From: an uncultured Candidatus Rokubacteria bacterium
GTDB taxonomy: Bacteria > Methylomirabilota > Methylomirabilia > Rokubacteriales > CSP1-6
Direction of reading: 5' to 3'
Assembly (NCBI GenBank): GCA_963758635.1
Contig: CAVWWD010000002.1
Coordinates: 64,001 to 128,000, forward strand
DNA: 64,000 nt
Numbering within the stretch: the stretch's first letter is position 1; the number at the start of each line of letters is the position of its first letter. Shown here piece after piece: positions 10,561 through 20,974 of this stretch. The notes beneath the pieces were generated by a model. It was not told where the DNA came from. It saw only the letters and a program-made list of their open reading frames with translations, and searched no databases. A program made the position numbers and the translations under genes.

Positions 10561-12789
10561 CTATGACGCGAGGTGACGGATCGTCTGGGTGGCGCGCCGC
10601 AGCCGGCCGCTCACCTCGCGGGCGAGGCTGCCATGCAGGCTGATCGCGATGGTGGGGTGCTTCGCCTCGAGCTCGCGGAAGGCCGCCTCCGTCAGGACGA
10701 AGCACGTGAGCTCCTCGTCCGCGACGACGGTGGCCGAGCGCGGCGCGTGATCGAGGAGCGCGATCTCGCCGAGCACGGCGCCGGCGGAGACGCTGGCGAT
10801 CCGCGTGACGCGGCCGTCCGGCTCCCGCAGGTGCACGCTCGCGCGGCCGCGGGTGACGAGAAAGAGATCCGACTCCGTGGCGCCTTCGGCGATGACCACG
10901 TCGCCGGCCGCATAGCGACGGGTCTCCAGCGCGCCGCGAAGCGTGGCGCGGTCCGTCACGCTCAACCCCCGGAACACTTCCAGGTCCTCGATCTCGAGCG
11001 CGCTCGCGGCAGCGGGCCGATCGACGGCGTCGTCGCCCGCGGCGGCAAGGATCTGGTCCTCCGCCCACTCGACGGCCCGATCGCTGTCGGGAAACGGCTG
11101 ATCACCCGACCCCGGTGTCGTCACGCCAAGGTCGCGCAGCGTGCGCCACCACTGGCTGTGCTCGATCCGCCCGGCCAGGAGGAGATGGCCGCCGCGCGTG
11201 GCCAGATCCGCCTCGATCTGCGCGAGGAGCCGCCCCCCGGTGCCGTCCACGTCGGTCACGCGGCCGAGGTCGAGGACCAGGAAGCGCGCGCCTTCGGCCA
11301 CCGCACGGTCGACGGCGTCGGCCAGCCGCCCGACCGTCCCGAAGAAGATGGCGCCCTCCAGCTGGAGAACGTGAACGAGTCGCCCGTGCTCGGCCAGGAG
11401 GGCCCGCTGGCGCGCGCCGCGCTCGCGGCGCGACGGCACCGCGTCACCACGGTAGGTCCGCCGCACCAGCGAGCTGCTCATGCGCAGGATGAACAGCACG
11501 ATGGCAATGCCCGCGCCCAGGAGGACGGCGTGGACGATGTCGAGCACGATCGACAGGGTCGCGACCAGCAGGATCACGAAGAGGTCCAGCCCGAGGCTGG
11601 CGCGGCTCGCGACGCGACCCGACGCGAGCCGCCTGACGAGCTGGATCGTGGACGGATCGACGTGCTGGATGGCCACCACCATGATGACGGCCGAGAGCGC
11701 CGCCCGGGGCACGTGGCCGAGGACGGGCAGCAGGAGCATCGCGGCCGCGAGCACCGCGGCGGCGTTGACGAGAACGGACAGGGGGGTGCGCGCGCCGTAC
11801 GCGCGGTTGATGGCGCTCGGGCCCAGGTTGACGCCGCCCGTGATGCCCCCCGAGCTGGCCGCCGCCATGTTGGCGAGGCCCAGCCGCATGAGCTGCCCGT
11901 TCACGTCCGGGCGCGGATCCCCCGGGCGAGCGAGAAGCTGGGCGCACAGCAGCGCGTCGATCGACGCGATGATGGCGAGCCCCAGGCCTCCCGTCACCAC
12001 GACGGGCAGGATGTCGGTGACGCCGGGCTCCGCGACGAGCGCCCCGAACGCCCACAGGTTCCACGGCCCCGGCATCGCGGCCGGCGTTGGCCCGATCGAG
12101 GGGCCGAGCCAGGTCGAGAAGCCCAGGAAGGCCAGCGCGTGATGCGTGGCCGTGCCCGCGAGCAGCCCGGTCAGGAGCGGAGGCATCGCCGTGGTGACTC
12201 GCCGCGCCTGCCACATGACGGCCATGGTGACCAGCGTGACCGCCACGGACAGCGGCTTCGCCGAGCCCAGGTTCGGCACGACCTGGGCAAGGCGCGTGTG
12301 TGTCTCGTACCCCAGGACGTTGCCGAGCTGCACCAGGAAGAGCAGCAGCGCGGCCGCGTTCTGGAACCCCGCCATCACCGGCTGCGGCGTGTGCTTGATG
12401 AGCGTGCCGAGCCGCACGAGGCCGAACAGGGCCTGGAAGGCGCCCGCGACGAGGATGACCGAGAAGACGACGGCCAGCGTGTGCTCGACGTTGTGTGTCC
12501 GGATGATGGGCGCGGCGGAGTGCGCGAGCCCGAAGACGAGGGAGCCGAGGAAGAACGTGGTGACCACGCGCGGCGCGTAGAGGGTGTGCGTCCGGTCGCC
12601 CGTGGCCACGGACACGAGGCCCACGATGACGGCGGTGCACAGGCCCGCGAGCACCCCGTGCCCGAAGTACCCGTCGCCCAGCGCGACGAACGCGAACATC
12701 CCGAAGCCCATGGCCAGCGGGATGGCGAGGGCGGCGGACACCAGTCCGCCCACCACGTCGTTCCGGGCCCTCACGAGCCACGCACGCAT
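10561..12789 (-). CDS. SulP/SLC26 anion transporter with STAS and cyclic-nucleotide-binding domains
   Basis: Starts MRAWLVRARNDVVGGLVSAALAIPLAMGFG; STAS (LEGAIFFG, DVDGTG); CNB (LGEIALLDHAPRSATV); the ATG overlaps the upstream TGA. Confidence 0.92.
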   Translation of the reverse strand: MRAWLVRARNDVVGGLVSAALAIPLAMGFGMFAFVALGDGYFGHGVLAGLCTAVIVGLVSVATGDRTHTLYAPRVVTTFFLGSLVFGLAHSAAPIIRTHNVEHTLAVVFSVILVAGAFQALFGLVRLGTLIKHTPQPVMAGFQNAAALLLFLVQLGNVLGYETHTRLAQVVPNLGSAKPLSVAVTLVTMAVMWQARRVTTAMPPLLTGLLAGTATHHALAFLGFSTWLGPSIGPTPAAMPGPWNLWAFGALVAEPGVTDILPVVVTGGLGLAIIASIDALLCAQLLARPGDPRPDVNGQLMRLGLANMAAASSGGITGGVNLGPSAINRAYGARTPLSVLVNAAAVLAAAMLLLPVLGHVPRAALSAVIMVVAIQHVDPSTIQLVRRLASGRVASRASLGLDLFVILLVATLSIVLDIVHAVLLGAGIAIVLFILRMSSSLVRRTYRGDAVPSRRERGARQRALLAEHGRLVHVLQLEGAIFFGTVGRLADAVDRAVAEGARFLVLDLGRVTDVDGTGGRLLAQIEADLATRGGHLLLAGRIEHSQWWRTLRDLGVTTPGSGDQPFPDSDRAVEWAEDQILAAAGDDAVDRPAAASALEIEDLEVFRGLSVTDRATLRGALETRRYAAGDVVIAEGATESDLFLVTRGRASVHLREPDGRVTRIASVSAGAVLGEIALLDHAPRSATVVADEELTCFVLTEAAFRELEAKHPTIAISLHGSLAREVSGRLRRATQTIRHLAS

Positions 12790-14027
12790 CAGGAGTAGAC
12801 GGCCTTCCCCGTGCCCGCCGCCCCGGTGGCCTTCACCTCGCGCACCGCCGCTCCGAGGTCGGCCAGGTATTCCTCGAGGACCCCCGCGTGCACGGGGGTG
12901 ATCATCAGGTGGATGCCGCGGGGCTCCCGGATGCGGCCCGGCCACCAGCCGCGGGCGGTCAGCCGGTCCGCCACCGCGTGGATGTCGTAGCCCTGCGCCC
13001 CGATGCCCACGGCCCACAGGTCGGGCTCGCCCCACACGTGCAGGCCCGGATCGACGCCGCCGAGCGCCTCGAGCAGGCTGCCCCGCGTCCGCATCACGGT
13101 TTCCGCGATGCGCAGGTAGCCGCGCTCGCCCAGGTGCTGCAGCACGGCCCACGCCGCGGCGATGGCGCCGCCGGGGCGCGTCCCCACGAAGGTGTGTGTG
13201 CTGTAGAGCCCGGACGGCCACCGGTCGAAGTCGTACCGCCCGGCCGCCTGGTGCTCGGCGGTGCGGAACAGCACGACGGAGGCCCCCTTGGCCGCGTAGC
13301 CGGACTTGTGGACGTCCACGGAGACCGACGTCACCCCCGGCACGCGAAAGCCGAACTCCGGCACCGGGAAGCCGAGCCGCCGCACGAAGGGCGCCAGGAC
13401 GCCGCCCACGCACGCGTCGACGTGCAGCCACAGCCCGCGCGCCGCCGCCAGCTCGCCCGCCGCGGCGATCGGATCGATGACGCCCAGCGAGTACGCCGGC
13501 GCCGAGACGTAGCACATGACCGTGCGCGGGCTCACCGCCGCGGCCAGCGCCTCGACGTCGGCGCGGAAGTCCGGTCCCGTGGGCACGCGGACGACCCGCA
13601 GCCCCAGGTAGTGCGCCGCCTTGTCGAGCGCGGGGTGGGCGGAGAACGGCGCGACGACCTCCGGCACGGCGACGTCGGGCCGATGTCGTCGCGCCCACTC
13701 GCGCGCCGCGTGCACGGCGCAGAAGATGCTCTCGGTGCCGCCGGTGGTCATGTGGCCGGCGACGGACTCCACCGATCCCACGAGATCGGCGACGATCCCG
13801 ACCACGTCGCCCTCCATCCGCCGGAGGCTCGGGAACGCCCGAAGGCCGAGCCCGTTCTCCGTCATGAAGAGCCCGTGCGCCTGCCGGACGACCTCCTCCA
13901 CCTCGTCGTCGGCATGCCACACGTACGCCGCGTGCCGGCCTCGGCGCCAGTCGAGGTCGTCGCGCTTGAGCTCGCGCATCTCGCGCTCGAGGTCCTTCCA
14001 GTCACGTCCCTCCGCGGGCAGCGGCAT
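12789..14027 (-). CDS. PLP-dependent group II decarboxylase/sphingosine-1-phosphate lyase-like protein
   Basis: MTTGGTESI, SAHPALDKAA, WLHVDACVGG, SVDVHKSGY (PLP Lys) and GTRPGG motifs. Confidence 0.9.
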   Translation of the reverse strand: MPLPAEGRDWKDLEREMRELKRDDLDWRRGRHAAYVWHADDEVEEVVRQAHGLFMTENGLGLRAFPSLRRMEGDVVGIVADLVGSVESVAGHMTTGGTESIFCAVHAAREWARRHRPDVAVPEVVAPFSAHPALDKAAHYLGLRVVRVPTGPDFRADVEALAAAVSPRTVMCYVSAPAYSLGVIDPIAAAGELAAARGLWLHVDACVGGVLAPFVRRLGFPVPEFGFRVPGVTSVSVDVHKSGYAAKGASVVLFRTAEHQAAGRYDFDRWPSGLYSTHTFVGTRPGGAIAAAWAVLQHLGERGYLRIAETVMRTRGSLLEALGGVDPGLHVWGEPDLWAVGIGAQGYDIHAVADRLTARGWWPGRIREPRGIHLMITPVHAGVLEEYLADLGAAVREVKATGAAGTGKAVYS

Positions 14028-14048
14028 GGCGGCGCTGGATCAGCCTCT

Positions 14049-15275
14049 CTACAGCACGCCCTCGGCCTTGAGCGCGGCGATCTCCGCGGCGTCCATCCCG
14101 AGCCAGGCGCCCAGCACCTCCGCGCTGTGCTCGCCGAGGAGCGGCGAGGGCTTGATGCGGGGCGGCTTGCCGTCCACGCGCACCGGCCAGGCCGGCATCT
14201 TGAACGGCCCCTTCGGGTGCTCCATCACCTGCATGATGCCGCGCTCCTCGAACGACGGATCCTTCTGCAGCTCCATCGTGTCGAAGACGGCGCCGGCGGG
14301 CACGCCGACCCCGCTGACCAGCGCCATCGCCTCTTCCTTCGTGTGCTTGCGCGTCCACTCGCCGACGATCGCGTCCACCTCGGCCTCGCGCTCGAAGCGC
14401 GCGGCGCCGGTCGCGTAGCGCGGATCGTCGATCAGATCCTCGCGCCCGATCAGCCGCATCAGCCGGCCCCAGTGCTCGGGGTTGCCGCGGCTGGTCGTGA
14501 TGTAGACCCAGTCGTTCGGGCCGCCGGGATGGCACGGGTACAGGCCTGAGGGCGAGTTGTTGCCGCCGGCGGTCTTGCCGCCGCGGCGCGGCGCCGCCTT
14601 GCCGGTGCGCGCCTGCGCGGCGAAGCAGGTCCGCATGTAGTGGAGCATCGCGTCCTGCATGGCGACCTGGAGACGCTTGCCCTGGCCCGTCCGCTGGCGC
14701 TCGTACAGCGCGCCGAGGATGGTCACGGCCATCAGCATGCCGGTGCCGGTGTCGCCGAAGCTCGGGCCGGGCTTCACGGGAGGCCGGTCGGCCTCGCCGG
14801 TCACGCTGATCATGCCGCCGGCGGCCTGCGCGATCATGTCGAAGGCCAGCCCGCTCTCGTACTTGCTGCCCGTGCCGAACCCCTGGATCTGGCAGAAGAT
14901 GATGCCGGGGTTGATCTTCTTCACCTCGTCGTAGCCGAGGCCGAGCCGCTCGATCGTGCCCGGCGCCATGTTCTCGACCGTGATGTCCGCCTTCTTCAGC
15001 ATCTCTTTCACCACGGCGAGGCCACGCGGCGACTTGAGGTTGATGGCGAGCGACTTCTTGTTGGCGTTGAACATGTGGAAGTACCACGGGTCGTCGTCGG
15101 GCTTGCCCGGGCGCAGCCGCCGCCCCGGATCGCCGGTCTTCGGGTTCTCGATCTTCACCACCTCGGCCCCGAGCCAGGCGAGCGCCTCCGTGCAGGACGT
15201 GCCCGCCTCGAACTGGGTGAAGTCGACCACTCGGACACCGGCGAGACTCTGGAGGTCCTGGCTCCTGTCGCTCAT
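14049..15275 (-). CDS. Class III CoA-transferase (CaiB/BaiF, formyl-CoA transferase-like)
   Basis: LAGVRVVDFTQFEAG, NANKKS, ENMAPG, FDMIAQA and PLLGEHS motifs; start set at MSDRS after AAGGAG. Confidence 0.93.
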   Translation of the reverse strand: MSDRSQDLQSLAGVRVVDFTQFEAGTSCTEALAWLGAEVVKIENPKTGDPGRRLRPGKPDDDPWYFHMFNANKKSLAINLKSPRGLAVVKEMLKKADITVENMAPGTIERLGLGYDEVKKINPGIIFCQIQGFGTGSKYESGLAFDMIAQAAGGMISVTGEADRPPVKPGPSFGDTGTGMLMAVTILGALYERQRTGQGKRLQVAMQDAMLHYMRTCFAAQARTGKAAPRRGGKTAGGNNSPSGLYPCHPGGPNDWVYITTSRGNPEHWGRLMRLIGREDLIDDPRYATGAARFEREAEVDAIVGEWTRKHTKEEAMALVSGVGVPAGAVFDTMELQKDPSFEERGIMQVMEHPKGPFKMPAWPVRVDGKPPRIKPSPLLGEHSAEVLGAWLGMDAAEIAALKAEGVL

Positions 15276-15525
15276 CGTCGCTCCTTCGCGCCGTGGGCTG
15301 CTCGTTTCGTCCCCGTCCCCCGTGACCGACTCGACGCCGGGCGCCGGTGGGCCTCGGGGCACACGCCGGAGAGTCACCCTCCCGGCGATGATGACACGGT
15401 TCTCGTCAGCCATCGCGGCCAGACTCGCGCGCTCCGCGCTATAGTCGTCGAGCGCTCAAAGCCCTGGCGCCCGGTGCAGATGTTCGGCCCGTCAGTGGCG
15501 CGACGACACCTGGATGGAGGACCCC

Positions 15526-15740
15526 ATGACCCGGCGGGAACTGCGCACTCAGGGCGAGGCCACCCTCGCGGACCTCTTCGGATCGGACGCGCAGACGCGC
15601 GGCCTGGCGAACCTGCTGACCGAGGCGGTGTACGGGCTTGACGCAGACCGAGGTGGTGGAAGCGATCATCCAGACCGCGCCGGCCACCGGATTCCGCCGG
15701 CGCTCAACGCCCTGGGCGCCATCAGCGCCGTGTTCGGTAG
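15526..15740 (+). pseudogene. Carboxymuconolactone decarboxylase-family remnant with internal deletion
   Basis: RBS GGAGG then MTRRELRTQG...LLTEAVYG, joined out of frame to GLTQTEVVEAIIQTAP(A)TGF..PALNALGAISAVF; the central part is missing. Confidence 0.65.
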
Positions 15741-15839
15741 CGCCCGGGACGTGCGCTCCTCGGCGGGGGGCCTACCGAGGGAACCCATTCGACGACGTGG
15801 ACGAATGTCGTCGCTCTCCGGGGGCGAGGCCCGGGTTCC

Positions 15840-16307
15840 TCAGGAGGCGGCAGGCACACCGTCCCGAGGAGAAGGCCCTTTGGAACCGACCATGCGCGCC
15901 CTCGCGAGCCGCCCCGGGCGGACGATCACTTGCCACGAGTTGCCCAGGAAGACCATGGAGAGCCCGAGCAGGTTGAGCGCGATTGGCGTGATCTTCCCGG
16001 GCAACGGCGCATACACCCAGTACGCGAGGGTGCTCGTGGCCAGGAGTGGCACGAGGAGCAGAGCACGGGGCGGCCAGTGACGCTGCCATAGCCGAATGAG
16101 CGCTTCGCCCAGGTCGCCTTCGAGCCTCTTGTGGAGAACGAGCCATGACACCCACGCGGCCACGACCAGCGCGGGGAGCCATTGCTCCACCCACAGGGCG
16201 GACGTGACGAGCAGAAGCGTGCCGGCTCGCCGCCGGTGGCGGTCGTCGCTCACGGTCCCGGAGCGGATCATCGCGCCTGCGTGCTCGTCTCCATGCATCG
16301 CCGTCAC
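15840..16307 (-). CDS. Hypothetical membrane protein
   Basis: Several hydrophobic segments; 4-nt stop/start overlap (GTGA) with the upstream mlaC-like gene. Confidence 0.55.
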   Translation of the reverse strand: MTAMHGDEHAGAMIRSGTVSDDRHRRRAGTLLLVTSALWVEQWLPALVVAAWVSWLVLHKRLEGDLGEALIRLWQRHWPPRALLLVPLLATSTLAYWVYAPLPGKITPIALNLLGLSMVFLGNSWQVIVRPGRLARARMVGSKGPSPRDGVPAAS

Positions 16308-16976
16308 GGGCCCTGATTGGCCCCGGGTATCAGGCGCGCTTCGCGAGTCCGCAGCCTGTCGAGCAGGGTGGCGAAGGAGGAGGTCTTGATGATCGAGCCG
16401 AACTGGCTCCGATAGCTGGAGACGAGGCTCACGTCTCCCGCGACGACGTCATAGACCGCCCATTGCCCCACGCTCTGCTGCAGGCGGTACTCGATCGGGA
16501 TCTCCGTGCGGCGGTCGGTGAGGATGCGAGAGTACACGCGGGCCGACGAGCCGTCGACGGACTCGCGCTGGAAGGTGATCGTCGCGAGACGGTAGCTCCC
16601 GATGACGGTCAGGTACGACCGCTCGAGGAGATTCGTGAAGAGGCGGACGAACTCCTCCTGCTCCTGCGGGGAACGGTCGCTCCAGTGCTGCGCCAGCGTC
16701 CGCCGGGCCATCTCGTTGAAGTCGAACAGCGTCACCGCGACCTCGCGCACCGCGGCTCGTCGCTCGTCCGTGTCCGGCTGCGACTTCACCAACGCCATCA
16801 CGCGTGAGACGGACGATTCGACCAGGCGTGAGCGGCCCTATCGACCCGGGGGAGGTGCTCTTCCCAGCGTCCTGGGCAGGGGCCGGCTGTGGTCCGAGCA
16901 CGAGGGCGGCCATCGCGATGGCGAGCAGGAGCAACCGGCGGACGTGACGCGCGAAGAACTCGGTGAGCTGGCTCAT
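16304..16976 (-). CDS. mlaC: MlaC/Ttg2D-like periplasmic binding protein, frameshifted (~16830)
   Basis: Signal peptide in one frame; FDFNEMARRTLAQHW...FTNLLERSY...W.VYDVV...VSLVSSYRSQF in another. Confidence 0.85.
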
Positions 16977-17057
16977 GACGTGGCACTCCTTCCGTGACGG
17001 GCGCGTGCGGCGTCTCCCACGGGCTCAGACTAGTCCTCGCGATTCCACCTGCCCACC

Positions 17058-17071
17058 AGGACCTTGGTCCA
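17058..17071 (-). promoter_or_regulatory. Palindromic box AGGACCTTGGTCCA; -10 TAGTCT at 17027-17032 (minus), for mlaC
   Basis: Matches the recurring consensus; 25 nt from box to -10. Confidence 0.75.
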
Positions 17072-17136
17072 ATGCGCCGCCCCGACGGCGCCCGATGCCG
17101 GTCGCCGGAGGACGCTATCGCTTCCGCGGAAGACCG

Positions 17137-18313
17137 CTATTGGACCGGTCTCGCAAGGCGGGCGCGCGCAGCGGCGGACAGATCACTGTTGGGCTCGAGC
17201 ACAACGAGTCTGTCTCTCTTCAACTCTGCGACCGATCCCTCGTCTTCGTCGCCGTCGACGGGAGACTTGTCGGGGGCCTGCAAACGTCGCGCAACGATCC
17301 GGACGGCCGCCATCACGGGGGCGGCGAGGAACATTCCGGCCACACCCGCGATCTCACCGCCCGCCAGCACACCCACGATCACCAGAGCGGGATGGATGTC
17401 GATGCCGCGGGCCATGACGAGCGGGTTGACCGCGTAGTCCTGGATCAACCGCCATACGAGGATGAACAGCGCGAGCAGCCAGGGGTGCTCGTAGCCGGCG
17501 AACAGGCACACCCCGATGGCGACGACGCCGGCCGTCAGCGGGCCGACGACCGGAACGACCTCGAGGGCGCCGCCGATCCCGGCGAGAACGAGAGCGTACG
17601 GCGCGCCGGCGGCCAGGAATACCGCCGACCAGGCGACGAACGTGATCAGGGCCAGGAGCAGGAGCGCCCGGACGTACTGGCCGAGCAGAAGATGCAGGTC
17701 CTCGGCGATGCCCCACCACACGCGCCGGCGGCGCCCTTCATGACCGAGTCGCCATATCGCCGTCGAGGTGAATCGCTCGAACGTCCTTCAGGATGAAGAA
17801 CGCGAGGACGGGGATGAGCACGATGACCCACGCCCCGGCGAGCCACTTCAGGACCGACGCCGCGGCCTGTTGAGCGTAGAGGACGATCTCTCCCATGTGG
17901 CTCTGCACCAGCCGGTCGATCTCGCGGATCTGCTGCGACTCCCATCCCCCACGCGCAAGGAAACCGACGACGATCTCGCCGTTCTGGATCCGCTTGGTCA
18001 TCTCCGGAAGCTTCTGCGCCAGCCCCTGGACCTCGGCGGCCAGGCGTGGCCCGACGGCGATCGCGGCCCCGCCGAGAATCGCGAGGACCACCAGGTACAC
18101 CACCACGATCGTCAGCGCCCGGCTGCGGATCCCCCGCCGTTGCACGAAGTGGACAAGGGGGAACAACAGGTACGCGAAGAACAGGGACAGCGCGATGAGG
18201 AAGAGCACCTGCCGCAGGGCATAGGCCAACCCGAGGGCGGCGAGCAACACCAGGATGGTCCATGTGACTCTCACCGCCCGCAGGTCGAGGCCGAACCGGC
18301 TACTCCGGAGCAT
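17137..18313 (-). CDS. AI-2E family transporter (PerM-like), frameshifted or partly deleted near 17720-17780
   Basis: FAYLLFPLV, VLAFFILKD, LEVVPVVGP, IQDYAVNPLVM and IHPALVIVGVLAGGEIAG motifs. Confidence 0.88.
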
Positions 18314-18351
18314 CGATCGGAACTCTAGCTCGCCCGGGGCGGCCGACCTAT

Positions 18352-18365
18352 TGGACGAAGGTCTA
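18352..18365 (-). promoter_or_regulatory. Palindromic box TGGACGAAGGTCTA; -10 TAGAGT at 18322-18327 (minus), for the AI-2E gene
   Basis: 24 nt from box to -10; ATG 8 nt further on (leaderless-type). Confidence 0.75.
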
Positions 18366-18386
18366 AATCCGCCTCACGTCACCAGT

Positions 18387-18417
18387 CCCGCGTAGCATGA
18401 CTCGCCCGCGTAGCATG
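18387..18417 (+). repeat. 13-bp direct repeat CCCGCGTAGCATG x2
   Basis: Copies at 18387-18399 and 18405-18417. Confidence 0.8.
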
Positions 18418-18467
18418 TGACCCGCCCTCCTCAGGCAGAGCCGCCTTGACGGACGGGGACGCGGCAC

Positions 18468-18481
18468 TAGACGTAGGTCCA
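18468..18481 (+). promoter_or_regulatory. Palindromic box TAGACGTAGGTCCA; -10 TAGAGT at 18506-18511
   Basis: 24 nt from box to -10; upstream of a 23-aa ORF. Confidence 0.75.
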
Positions 18482-18532
18482 ATGTGTGGGCGGCGTCATG
18501 ACGGCTAGAGTGACGGGAGAGGAGGACAACTC

Positions 18533-18604
18533 ATGAACATCTTCTACGTCATCGGGGTCGTCGTCGTGGTGCTCGCTGTCTTTGGATACCTCAGGCTCGG
18601 CTAG
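18533..18604 (+). CDS. 23-aa single-TM small protein MNIFYVIGVVVVVLAVFGYLRLG
   Basis: Strong RBS GAGGAGG and a dedicated promoter; too short for the ORF track. Confidence 0.75.
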   Translation: MNIFYVIGVVVVVLAVFGYLRLG

Positions 18605-18705
18605 AGTTCGCCACGTCTGGGCTTGCCCCAGACGCAAAATCGCTCTGGAGCCCCGCGTTGGATCGGGGCCATGCAGTGGTCCGGTGAACAAGGAAAGGAG
18701 AGCCT

Positions 18706-18894
18706 GTGAGCTTGATAGGGATCGTGCTGACGCTGGTGGTGGTCGGGGTGCTGCTCTGGCTGCTGAACAACTACGTGCCCATGGATGGGAAGATCAAGTC
18801 GATCGTCAACGTCGTGGTTGTCATCGTCGTTGTGATCTGGGTGTTGCAGGCCGTCGGCCTTCTCGGGTCCTTGCAGAACATCCGTATTCGGTGA
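18706..18894 (+). CDS. Small two-TM membrane protein (Thivi_2564-like)
   Basis: LVVVGVLLWLLNNYVPMDGKIKSIVNVVVVIVVVIWVL; RBS AAGGAG. Confidence 0.85.
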   Translation: MSLIGIVLTLVVVGVLLWLLNNYVPMDGKIKSIVNVVVVIVVVIWVLQAVGLLGSLQNIRIR

Positions 18895-19027
18895 CGCGCA
18901 GGTCCGGTGCGATGTGGACGCAAGGGGAAGGGGCGCGCCCGGCGCCGCGCCCCTGCTCAACGGGGGTGAGCGACAGAACCAGCCGAGACGCGTCAATCCG
19001 GCGAGGCGGGGAGCTCGAGGACGCCTC

Positions 19028-20890
19028 TCAGGCGTTCGCGGTGCCCTGCGCGGCCAGGAGCGCGGTGAGCGTGTCGCGATCCACGACTTCCTGTTCGATC
19101 AGCACCTTCGCCAGCGTCTCGAGCACGTTCCGCTTCGCGGTCAGCGTTTCCCGGACGCGATCGTGGCCCGCCTGCAGCAGGGCCCGGACCTCCCGGTCGA
19201 TCATCCGGGCCGTGTCCTCGCTGTACACCCGCTCGGTGGGGTTCGGACCGTTGAGGAACAGCGCCTGGCGAGGACGCTCGAACGTTCCCAGGCCCAGCGC
19301 ATCGCTCATCCCGTATTGCGTCACCATGTGCCGCACGAGATCGCTCGCCCGCTGCAGATCGTCGTGCGCCCCTGTCGAGACATCCCCGAAGATGATCTCC
19401 TCGGCGACCCGCCCGCCGAGGAGCACGTCCAGCCGGTCCAGGAGCTCCGCCCGCGTCATCAGGTACCGATCCTCCGTCGGCTGCTGCTGCGTGTAGCCAA
19501 GCGCCGCCACCCCGCGCGGAATGATCGATATCTTGGCCACCTTGTCGGCCCGTTCCCGCGACTCGGCGACCAGAGCGTGGCCGGCCTCGTGGTGAGCGAC
19601 GATCTCCTTCTCCTTGGGGCTGATGATCCGCGACTTGCGCTCGAGACCCCCGACGATCCGGTCGATGGCCTGGTCGAAGTCCGCGGCGTCCACCGCCTCC
19701 TTGTCCTCGCGCGCGGCGTGGAGCGCCGCCTCGTTGACGAGGTTCGCGAGGTCGGCGCCCACGAATCCCGGTGTGCGCGCCGCGATGAGGGACAGGTCGA
19801 GTGCCGGGGCCAGCGTGACCGTTCGCGTGTGGACCTGGAGGATCTTGGTCCGGCCCTTGAGGTCCGGTCGATCGATGACCACCTGACGGTCGAATCGACC
19901 GGGGCGCAGGAGGGCCTGATCGAGGATCTCCGGGCGATTGGTGGCGGCGAGGATGATGACGCCGGCTCGCGAGTCGAACCCATCGAGCTCCGCGAGGAGC
20001 TGGTTGAGGGTCTGCTCGTGTTCGTCGTGTCCCCCGAAGCCGGGGGTGATCCCCCGAGCCTTTCCGACGGCATCCAGCTCGTCGATGAACACGATGCTCG
20101 GCGCCTTCGTCTGCGCCTGGGCGAACAGGTCGCGCACGCGGGCGGCTCCCACACCGACGAACATCTCCACGAAGTCGGATCCGTTCAGGCTGAAGAAGGG
20201 GACTCCCGCTTCCCCGGCCACGGCCTTGGCCAGCAGGGTCTTCCCGGTTCCCGGCGCCCCGACCAGCAGCACTCCCTTCGGGATCTTTCCGCCGAGTCGC
20301 CGGTAGCGCTCGGGCCTCTTCAAGAAGTCCACGATCTCCATCAGCTCACCGCGGGCCTCGTCGATGCCCGCGATGTCGTCGAACGACACCCCCGTCTTCT
20401 GCTCGACGTAGACCTTGGCCCGGCTCTTGCCGAGGCTCATGAGCCCCTTCTGCGGATTCATTCGGCTCACGAGGAAGAACCAGAGGCCGAAGAAGATCGC
20501 TGTCGGCACGATCCATGACAGAAGGGTGAAGAGCCACGTGCTCTCGGTATGCCCCGTGAAGCGGACGCGTGCGACTTCGAGCTCGGGCACGAGGGCGGCG
20601 TCCTCGACGCGCGTCGTCACGAACGCGTACGTACCCTTCCCGAGGCGCTTGATCTTCTCGATCTTCTCCTTCGAAAGGATGGCGTCGAGGCCCGCGGGCG
20701 ACAGCGCCCCTTCGATGGTGTCCCGGTACAGGGCCACCTCGGAGACTTTTCCCGCTTTCAGGAGGGCCTTGAACTCGCTGTACGAGATGTTGTCCGGATG
20801 GGGCGCCAGGAACAGCGCCTGGCCGCCCACGAAGACGGCGATCGCGATCAGTGCGTACCACACGGAGAACGTCCGCTGCTTCAGTTGCAT
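19028..20890 (-). CDS. ftsH: ATP-dependent zinc metalloprotease FtsH
   Basis: [32 protein letters not shown] and HEAGH motifs. Confidence 0.97.
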   Translation of the reverse strand: MQLKQRTFSVWYALIAIAVFVGGQALFLAPHPDNISYSEFKALLKAGKVSEVALYRDTIEGALSPAGLDAILSKEKIEKIKRLGKGTYAFVTTRVEDAALVPELEVARVRFTGHTESTWLFTLLSWIVPTAIFFGLWFFLVSRMNPQKGLMSLGKSRAKVYVEQKTGVSFDDIAGIDEARGELMEIVDFLKRPERYRRLGGKIPKGVLLVGAPGTGKTLLAKAVAGEAGVPFFSLNGSDFVEMFVGVGAARVRDLFAQAQTKAPSIVFIDELDAVGKARGITPGFGGHDEHEQTLNQLLAELDGFDSRAGVIILAATNRPEILDQALLRPGRFDRQVVIDRPDLKGRTKILQVHTRTVTLAPALDLSLIAARTPGFVGADLANLVNEAALHAAREDKEAVDAADFDQAIDRIVGGLERKSRIISPKEKEIVAHHEAGHALVAESRERADKVAKISIIPRGVAALGYTQQQPTEDRYLMTRAELLDRLDVLLGGRVAEEIIFGDVSTGAHDDLQRASDLVRHMVTQYGMSDALGLGTFERPRQALFLNGPNPTERVYSEDTARMIDREVRALLQAGHDRVRETLTAKRNVLETLAKVLIEQEVVDRDTLTALLAAQGTANA

Positions 20891-20974
20891 GGTCCCTCTT
20901 GCAGGCCCGCGGCGGGACGGCGGATCGACGCTCGGCGGTGGTGAGCGTCCCGTACGCGAGGTCGAGGTCGGGAG

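Noticed and set aside
10561..13920. 1119-aa SulP ORF in the track
   Set aside because: The N-terminal ~375 aa overlap the PLP enzyme in another frame; the real start is 12789.
17139..17151. ATTGGACCGGTCT as a tenth box
   Set aside because: The spacer is 2 nt short, it lies within the 3' end of a CDS, and there is no matching -10.
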